DNA of 64,000 nucleotides from Rhodosorus marinus CCMP1338 (lineage: Eukaryota; Plantae; Rhodophyta): positions 930,001 through 994,000 of the forward strand of contig JAMWBK010000011.1 in assembly GCA_029953675.1 (NCBI GenBank), read 5' to 3'. The position numbers and the translations under genes are program-made. Of the stretch, positions 56,663 through 64,000 are shown in pieces (the stretch's first letter is position 1; each line of letters begins with the position of its first letter). The notes under the pieces are model-generated. The model was not told the origin of the DNA and did not search any database. It saw nothing but the letters and a program-made list of their open reading frames with translations.

Positions 56663-59461
56663 CTAATTCAGCTCTGGATCAGTGAGCGGTCCGCTAAACG
56701 GCAGCAGCGTACAAAAGTCAACGAGACATGCGCTGTTTCCTTTGTTGTACAAGAGGACCTCGTTCGCGATTCCGGTGGCGTCAAAGACCATTTCCTTGTA
56801 GCCCCAATCTCCATACGCAATCGGAGTGACCGGCCCGAAGGAGTTCTTGCATATCCTGTTGTCCTTGTGAAGGATCTCCATGGTTAGCGGTCCCGATCCG
56901 CGGACGTAGCAGCGCATTCTGTACCGCTCGCCTTTGCTCAGCCACACCGTCTGACTTGCGACGGTCGCTGATGGATAGAGGTACATAGCCCGTACATTTC
57001 GCAGCGGCTGGAGTCCAGAAAACTCAAGAGGGCCACTAACTGTCCATCGGAAATTCCCCTGCGGCTCAAAACTCGGGTTCTTGAGCTTCTGACCTGACCC
57101 TAGCAGTACCGCCGGAGGGTCCCACGCCGGGAGATCCGATGGTAGGTTGTAAGCCCCAGAGCCCAAGTAAGGTGGAATCCCGTCAGTTGCAGGGTAGAGG
57201 GAACAGTCATCTGCCCAGACACCACCGCTCTGAGCTGCAGGATCACCACCATCGTCTCGCTCCAGAACGATCTCGTAGTCAGCCGAAGAAAGGATCTCAA
57301 AGTCAACTTCCTGGTTCTTCCAGTCCGAGTTGTGCACATCAGAGGCATCTCCCAGATTCTCCGCATAGAGCATCGAATCCCTCCAGATCGAGAGCCGGAT
57401 GCTCCCCTTCACGTAACAGTGCAATCTGTAAATCTGGTCAGGGCTTAAAGAGACGAGCTGAACCGCCTTTGACCCCTCCTGCGTGAAGCTGAGCGCCCGC
57501 GTTCCACTGAAACTTTCAGATGCCGACGTCTCGGCTCCGTCCGAGAGCGCCCAAAGCCCGGCGTCCTCATCGAAGCTGGGGTCTTCCAAAAGTGAGTCGT
57601 ACTCAGGATCCGTCAGTGGTCCCGAGAAGGGGAACAGAGTGCAAAAGTCGACAGTGCACTCGCTATTACCGATGTTGTACAGAGATATATCCTGCGCTAT
57701 CTTCGTCGCGTCAAATATTATATCCTTGTACCCCCAATCGCCCCTTCCAATTAGCGTCACCGCCCCGAACGAGTTCTTAGATATCCTCTCTCCCTGATAA
57801 GAAACCTCCATGGTCAGTGACCCCCGTCCACGCACATAACACCTGAGCCTGTACCTCTCGTTCTGCTCCAAATACACCAACTGCGTTGCAACAGTGTTCG
57901 GGTAAACAAACATTGAGCGCTCGCCTATCAACGGGTCAACTTCAGTGAACTTGAGATCACCGCTTACAGTCCACCGCAAGTCGGATTGGTGCTCAAAGCT
58001 CGGATTCTTGGTCTCTCCTCCAGCAGCCAAAAGCTCAGCTGGCGGATCCCACGGCGAAAGATCTGCCAAGTTGTAAGCACCGGAGCCGACGTAAGGAGGG
58101 ATCCCGTCAGCTGCAGCATAGAGGGAGCACTCATCTATCCAGACCCCGTTCCTCTGGCGGCTCGGAACACCCCCATTGTCTCGCACAAAGGTCAGCTCGT
58201 ACTCGCCGGATTCTTCGATCATCACGTCGACTTCTTGATGGTTCCATTCGGAATTCGGTACCGGAAACGTATCTCCAAAGTTCTCTGCGTACAAGATCGA
58301 ATCCTTCCATAGCGTAAAGTGGATGCTCCCTGTTGAGTAGCAGTGCCACCTGTAGATATTTCCTCGGTCCAAATAGACGCGTTGAACGGCTGTTGATCCC
58401 TCCTGGGCGAGTCGAAGGCCCCGCTCTCCCGTAAATGTTCTAAATCCAAGTTTACTCGCGCCATTGGAGAACAACCACGGCTCGGTGCCTTGCTCAAAAC
58501 TAGGGTTTTGCACAAGTTGCTCATTTTCAGGATCTGTGAGCGGTCCATTGTACTCGAACATTGTGCAGAAGTCGACGATGCACTCGCTGTCCCCGTCGTT
58601 GTAGAGCAAAACGTCCATCGCGATCTTCGGGGCGACGAAGACCATATCCTTGTAGCCCCACGATCCATAGTCTATCGGCGTCACAGGCCCGTACGAGTTC
58701 CTAGACACCTTTTCTCCATTGAAGGAGACCTCCATAGTCAGCGACCCAGGCCCAGTGACATAGCAACGCATTCTATACGTATCTTCCGTGTCCAAGAAAA
58801 CGGCTTGCTTTAGGACCGTGCTTGGGTGGACAACCATGGCTCGCCTTCCTTCCAATCTGTCTTGTCCGGTCAACTGCAGAGGACCGGTGACATCCCACCG
58901 AAATTCCGAGGTCGAAAACTCAAAGCTCGGGTTTCTAATGACTCCGTTATCGCCCAAAAGCTCGGCTGGTGGATCCCACGCAGGAGTTGGCTCCGGTGGG
59001 TAGTTGACAGATACCGAGCCGACGTAGGGCGGAATGTTGGCAGCAGCGTAAAGGGAGCACTCATCTGCTCGAACCCCTGAGCTCTGGAGTCCTCGAGTAC
59101 CACCATTGTCTCTCTCGATGACAACGTCGTATTCACCCGAGGCATGGATCAGAAAGTCGAACTCTTGATTCTTCCACCGGTTGTTTGGCCCTGGAAAAGT
59201 GTTCCTGAGACTGTCACCGAAGATGGTTGAGTCATCCGATATCGAGAAGCGGATGCTCCCCCTCACATAGCAGTGCAGCCTGTACACATTGTTTTCCCTG
59301 AGGTAGACGCGTTGAACGGCCTTGGACCCTTCCCGACCGAGCCTGAGGCGATTATCTCCCGTGAAAGCCTTGGAACTGCTCTGGAATTCGGCCCCGTCCA
59401 GCAAAGACCACGCTCCGTCTTGTTCCTCGAAGCTGGGGTCCTTCAAGAGCTGCTCTGCGTT
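56663..59461 (-). repeat. Three ~930-bp intragenic tandem units, each encoding two CBM4/CBM16-like modules (A-B)
   Basis: Units 59461-58526, 58525-57602 and 57601-56663. Each reads (D/N)PSF(E/D)..CY..D(E/D)CSLY.A..IPPY.GS..WDPPA.LL..NPSFE..RCYV..YKD/EM/I.F..VDFCT....GPLTDPE. Confidence 0.92.
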
Positions 59462-61480
59462 GGGTGGAGACCTGTGCGGGTAGTCCTCGGGATTGGTTAG
59501 CGTTCCACACGGCGTACCGTCGTTTGTCCCACCGCCCAGGAGGCAGCACGCTCCGCCCTTGCATTGATCAACTTCCAAAACTACGCTGCTCAGCCAGCCG
59601 CCATCGTCAGAGTACTGCACCTTAATCTCGGGAGATGATCCCAGATCTTCCAGACGGTAGGGAATGACAAAAGTGCCAAAGTACCTGGAGTCATAGCTCC
59701 GCTTTGGGCCAGCCATTCTCTCGTCATAGTCGGCAATCGGTTCTGTGGCATCGTTTACCCACACCTTGGGCTTGGCATCGTCCTTGGGCCTTCTGGAGTG
59801 CGCGATACGGATGTATCCGACACCGTTCGAACTCTGTGGAATGCCGGTGAACTGAAATGTGTAGATCTCGTTCGAGTCAACGGGCACGGGATAGTCCCGC
59901 GCTTGGCCAGTGCTGTCCAAAATCTCGGCCATGTAGTGCCTTGACCGCTCCACCTTGCGAAGTTCACGTGCAGGTGCCGCGAAGGTAACCGCGAGAACGT
60001 GCATCGCCTCCGGCTCAATCTGAACGCTTTCTGGAACCGAGCTCAGGGTCGAGTTGCTCCACCTGACCGTTCCTGCTCGTGCGATACTCTGAGCTATGTC
60101 TTCCGCAGTCGGTTCGCCCTCCTCCAGCCAGAGCTTTCTTTCAACAACGCTCTCTACCACGCCAGATCCGAATGGAAGGTTCAGATCGACCTGGGCCGCA
60201 CCACCCTCAGTTGCCAAGTTCTGAAGGAGAATGTAGGCGCGATTCGAGTTCGCCACAGAGAGGACCTTGACATATGGATCGTCGCTGTAGGAGTAGACAA
60301 AGTCTCCTTCGACGCCTTTAAAGAGTTCTAAATAATACATGAGGTCCGTCCACTCGAGCACGTCGTCTCCTCCTCCATTCGTAAGCGACCACGGATATGG
60401 ATGCGTCAAACCGTTTCGGCTATCGGTCGGATCCAAAGTTAGAAAGTTAATAAACTTGAGGACATTGTCATGGACTCTCATTGTACTCATGAACGCCTTG
60501 AACGCGTCCGCCATTATAATAAAGTCCCTTCCTCCAGTCGGCGGACGAGATTCCAGCGTGACCTTCGAGAACCATGAGCCGTGATACGCGCCTGTCTCAG
60601 TTATCATGTACTTGATGGGCTTGCCATCGTCAGATGTCTTCGTAGTATAGGTCTCCAATAGATCGAGATTGGCGTCCTGTACGGCACCTCCCGACGAGTA
60701 GATATGCTGCGAGATGAAGTCGACACAGCCTGCACTGCGGGCAGAGTCGATAAAGTTCTTCATACGTGTTTGCCATCGACTAAAATTGGCAAGATGTGGT
60801 CTCGCGCTGTTTGCTCCCGGCCCTCCGGCGAGCATGTCAGGATTCGCCGCCTTGATATCCCTACACATTTGGCCGCAAATGTTTCCGATCCTGGTGACGA
60901 CGGAGGACTCGGACTCCCCTGGATACCGTCTGAGCATCTTGTACTCTCCCATTGGCTCATTGAAACACTCCGAGTATCGTGGCTTTGGAAATCCTTCCTG
61001 AGCGTTGAAGAATCTGCTGAAGTACTCCCCAGAGAACGCAGCGGCATCGGAGATAAGTTGATCGCTGTGCTGGAACTCGAGTAACTTTTCTGCCGTGTCG
61101 GTAGCGACTCGCTCTCCGCTCATCAATCTCTTCCTGAGCGGGTCGCAGCCCTCGCAATTAATCTGGTTAAGTCTTTGTGCTCCTTCCTCCTCGAGTCCAT
61201 CCACGCCGTCCGGGAAGCCCTGTGATCCTGAGAAAGGACCCTCATTCGATGACCTTGTAAACATAACGTCCAGGTCCACCGCGAGGTACTCCATCATAGC
61301 CTGAGCATTCTTCGGCGATGCGAGGTTTCCATGAGCGTTGACGAATCGGTGCCGATCGAACACTTGCTCTCCGTTGGTTATCAAAGTCGTTTGGAAATCA
61401 ACAGTTACAACCGCACCCTTGACACTCAGCACCAGCACCAATAACGCCAGCACCACCTTGCTCGAAGCCATCGACTTCAT
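56663..61480 (-). CDS. Secreted GH86-like beta-porphyranase/beta-agarase with six C-terminal CBM-like modules (~1600 aa, intronless)
   Basis: Signal peptide. Motifs recalled from the bacterial GH86 porphyranase BpGH86A: FDRHRFVNAH, ECFNEP (acid/base Glu, 60956-60958), WQTRMKNFID, ITETG (nucleophile Glu, 60596-60598), YYLELFKGVEG, SDDGGWLSSVVLEV. Six NPSFE-type beta-sandwich modules follow. Start at 61480 or 61471. Confidence 0.88.
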   Translation of the reverse strand: MKSMASSKVVLALLVLVLSVKGAVVTVDFQTTLITNGEQVFDRHRFVNAHGNLASPKNAQAMMEYLAVDLDVMFTRSSNEGPFSGSQGFPDGVDGLEEEGAQRLNQINCEGCDPLRKRLMSGERVATDTAEKLLEFQHSDQLISDAAAFSGEYFSRFFNAQEGFPKPRYSECFNEPMGEYKMLRRYPGESESSVVTRIGNICGQMCRDIKAANPDMLAGGPGANSARPHLANFSRWQTRMKNFIDSARSAGCVDFISQHIYSSGGAVQDANLDLLETYTTKTSDDGKPIKYMITETGAYHGSWFSKVTLESRPPTGGRDFIIMADAFKAFMSTMRVHDNVLKFINFLTLDPTDSRNGLTHPYPWSLTNGGGDDVLEWTDLMYYLELFKGVEGDFVYSYSDDPYVKVLSVANSNRAYILLQNLATEGGAAQVDLNLPFGSGVVESVVERKLWLEEGEPTAEDIAQSIARAGTVRWSNSTLSSVPESVQIEPEAMHVLAVTFAAPARELRKVERSRHYMAEILDSTGQARDYPVPVDSNEIYTFQFTGIPQSSNGVGYIRIAHSRRPKDDAKPKVWVNDATEPIADYDERMAGPKRSYDSRYFGTFVIPYRLEDLGSSPEIKVQYSDDGGWLSSVVLEVDQCKGGACCLLGGGTNDGTPCGTLTNPEDYPHRSPPNAEQLLKDPSFEEQDGAWSLLDGAEFQSSSKAFTGDNRLRLGREGSKAVQRVYLRENNVYRLHCYVRGSIRFSISDDSTIFGDSLRNTFPGPNNRWKNQEFDFLIHASGEYDVVIERDNGGTRGLQSSGVRADECSLYAAANIPPYVGSVSVNYPPEPTPAWDPPAELLGDNGVIRNPSFEFSTSEFRWDVTGPLQLTGQDRLEGRRAMVVHPSTVLKQAVFLDTEDTYRMRCYVTGPGSLTMEVSFNGEKVSRNSYGPVTPIDYGSWGYKDMVFVAPKIAMDVLLYNDGDSECIVDFCTMFEYNGPLTDPENEQLVQNPSFEQGTEPWLFSNGASKLGFRTFTGERGLRLAQEGSTAVQRVYLDRGNIYRWHCYSTGSIHFTLWKDSILYAENFGDTFPVPNSEWNHQEVDVMIEESGEYELTFVRDNGGVPSRQRNGVWIDECSLYAAADGIPPYVGSGAYNLADLSPWDPPAELLAAGGETKNPSFEHQSDLRWTVSGDLKFTEVDPLIGERSMFVYPNTVATQLVYLEQNERYRLRCYVRGRGSLTMEVSYQGERISKNSFGAVTLIGRGDWGYKDIIFDATKIAQDISLYNIGNSECTVDFCTLFPFSGPLTDPEYDSLLEDPSFDEDAGLWALSDGAETSASESFSGTRALSFTQEGSKAVQLVSLSPDQIYRLHCYVKGSIRLSIWRDSMLYAENLGDASDVHNSDWKNQEVDFEILSSADYEIVLERDDGGDPAAQSGGVWADDCSLYPATDGIPPYLGSGAYNLPSDLPAWDPPAVLLGSGQKLKNPSFEPQGNFRWTVSGPLEFSGLQPLRNVRAMYLYPSATVASQTVWLSKGERYRMRCYVRGSGPLTMEILHKDNRICKNSFGPVTPIAYGDWGYKEMVFDATGIANEVLLYNKGNSACLVDFCTLLPFSGPLTDPELN

Positions 61481-64000
61481 CCTCGGAATTAGGGGACAAC
61501 CTGTCTTCATCATTATTGTAGAATCCAATTTTTCACCTCCTCAAAGTGCTTGTCATTTTCCAATCCGGAATGCGATCTTCAAGCTAAGCGACCTTCATTC
61601 TCCTTCTGCTTCTCTACGTTCCGCTCTTCTAAGGCTGATCTTGCGCAACTCCCCTAGCTTTATAATGCCTCGACCTCATCGGAATGCGAATCTCCTCTTT
61701 GGAGGTTCTTGCGGACAATCCGCACAAGTTTAGGGAGGAGAGGGGTGGGGAGGGGAGGGGGTGAAGAGGGAACACCATATGAAAGTTCGGTTCTGTTCTG
61801 TCATTGCTGCATTTTTTTACCGCGCTTAAACCTGGATACGGTTCGACGAGCTTATTTTCTTTCCGTGTTCGGCAGTTAGGAACCTAGTAGGCGGATTCGA
61901 GTTGTGTGACATCGGCGTACAAAAACACTGTAGAGCCCTCGATACGGAACAAGAAAAACTAAAAATAACGACGATCACCTAAGAAAGAAAAAATTCAACG
62001 CCTTCCAAATATAACTCATCCGATTAGGAATAGAGTGAAAATCAATTAAATTGAAGCTTAAAAAAGCGGCCTGCCCTATCACTGTCGACTTCGGATGGGA
62101 TCCTTCTGCACACATTTGCACTGACATTAAACCATTCGTTCGACATTCTCCGTGTTTTCATACGAATCAAACTTTTTGACTCCAGACTTGAGCTGCCGTT
62201 GGCCGGGGTGCAGACGGATGAACAGTGATGGTATTTTGACGAAATGTGTGCTCTTCTTCAAGGCCTGGCAACCCCGTGCTCAATTGGTTGGTAAAACTAA
62301 CAGTAAGTGCAACGGCTGCCCGTTGAGCGATACAAAAAATCATTTTGAGTTTTGGAAATTTTTGGCCAAAAAATGCAAGTATTCCGTAGATTCATCTATT
62401 ATTAATTGAAAGTAGTGCTGCGGTTAAATACGATGAACACCACCATGGAGCCGGATGCTCATTCCCATCCGAGGTGCGCTCCGAAATCAGCATTCGCGTC
62501 AGGCTCCATTCTCGTTTTTGGAAGGCAGGGTTCACCGGGCCTTTGTTCATTCGGTTCCATTTCCTCTTCCCCCCCGTCGAGAGTGTTTGAGGTAGCCACA
62601 GAAATGGCCAACTCACATTTCTTCGAGCATCATCTTGAAGTCATTCAGCTATCCATACACCGAAAGTGTCCACCCTATCAAAATATCATCTGTGAGAAAA
62701 TCTAAGTCTCATGGAGGGGGAAGCTGCGTTGAAACCCCTACCCTCCAGCAAAGAAGAACATGCTCCCGGGGGGGGGGTAATCCATACCTATTGAGCCCCA
62801 TAACCAACACCACACCATCAAATATTTATTTATCATAATTCAATTTGTCACTCACCACAAAGAGATTTTTCACATCCAGCATCGCATAGAATAAGCCTTC
62901 ACTCCCAAATTTCCGGGGAGGAGCTCGCTCGATCGATCGGATGCAACGGATCCGGTTAAAGGCCACTTCCCACAAAACCGTTGAGGTTCTCTAAGCGAAG
63001 TCAAGTGAAAAGTGGCTACTATTCTAATAATACCAACATGACGGCCGTACTCAGTTTTTACTTAATAACCAATTACATAAAAAACAGAGAGGTCCAGTCT
63101 CACAAGTTAATTTAATAGGATTATTTGTTACTTGGTAAAAAATTAGATAGATTGATATGGATTTTAGGAAATAAACAACCAAATACCAGGGAAATGTAAA
63201 GTTCTTGTCCCGAGAGGAAAAAAAGTTATTTTATTTAGGGAGAACCACGTCAACGGCGTTAAACATCTGATGTTGTACTATTGGATAGTTAGATGATGAT
63301 GAACTATCAATTGCTTTTTGGTATTGGGTTTTTGGGCCAAATTGCCCTAAAAAATGCTCGCTTTTTTCTTCTGTCGAAATGGTTTGTTATCTATTTTATT
63401 GTATTTAAAGGATTTTTAGTGGCTATTAAAAACCCCATTTAGGGCAATTCTTGAAGGCAGGTTTTTGCAGCGATTTTGGAAAATGAACGCAGATAAATTG
63501 AGCGCATCAAAATGGGACCAGCCCACTATGGAAAAAAATAACTGCCAACTCCGATTATTTAGGAGCGCAAAGTTGAGATTGAATATTCGAATATATTTCG
63601 GACTTCCTCTTTTATTGGTTGTTCGTAGCTGAAATGCAGAATATTTATAACCGTTTTCCCGCCTATCAATTGGGTCGTTGCAACGCGTGGACAATAAGGA
63701 CATTGAAAAAACTTTATAAATTAAACATACATTTTCAGATATGTCAGATGAAAATTTGTACGTTAGTTACTTCAATGGAAGAAACCGGTGTTTCTTGTTT
63801 GCGGCATTGTACTGTACCGTGGAACACGGCTCAACCTTCTTAGCGAGGGACTAGGGGGAAGAGTTCTTCTTTTCCGAGATTTTGGTGCCAAGACCGCGCA
63901 AAAGTCCGTGGACTGTTGCGCCTAAGGTGGCGAAAATAAGTAGAAAAGGTAAGCAGCACGTTAGACGGGAGTCCTCCTTGTTATGGTGGTTTTCGAGCAG

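Noticed and set aside
56663-61480. Lack of introns as evidence of horizontal transfer (also for the astacin genes)
   Set aside because: Plainly eukaryotic genes in this window (PPR, cyclins, zinc fingers) are also intronless.
62392-62705. Overlapping short ORFs in the AT-rich right end
   Set aside because: No motifs, no termini of a mobile element, and both strands are about equally open.
1-64000. Prokaryotic origin or bacterial contamination of the window
   Set aside because: GT-AG introns restore the frames of rtcA, p24 and the M14 gene and break up PREP and SAC1; the cyclins, PPR and Sac1 are eukaryotic.

Overview
Eukaryotic nuclear DNA from a compact genome: short GT-AG introns interrupt several genes, there is a nuclear-type tRNA, and there are no operons. 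The gene content (PPR protein with an algal-style targeting peptide, P/U-type cyclins, a galactan hydrolase, a secretory-pathway sulfotransferase) suggests a unicellular red alga; this is inference only. Left part (1-27 kb) is an accessory region. It holds four tandem minus-strand genes for a secreted astacin metalloprotease with an unusual SP-astacin-C2-EGF-C2 layout and no propeptide. The copies are gene-conversion mosaics, and copy 4 has a single Gly->TGA stop right at the end of the protease domain. The spacers carry remnants of an REL-type non-LTR retrotransposon, including a 90-bp copy of the family's own 3' end inserted into its endonuclease ORF with a 4-bp target-site duplication. Two C2H2 zinc-finger paralogues and a ~3.85-kb tandem duplication carrying two P/U-type cyclins follow. 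Right part (27-64 kb) is gene-dense: an atypical cytochrome P450, a Snapin-like protein, a ~29-repeat PPR protein, p24/GOLD, an unknown membrane protein, a bacterial-type RtcA with three introns, an M14 carboxypeptidase, prolyl oligopeptidase, tRNA-Arg(CCU), an RluA-family pseudouridine synthase, an Stf0/NodH-like sulfotransferase, Sac1, and a ~1600-aa secreted GH86 beta-porphyranase/agarase-like enzyme with both catalytic Glu and six CBM-like modules arranged (A-B)x3. All family calls come from motif recognition by eye; no database search was run.
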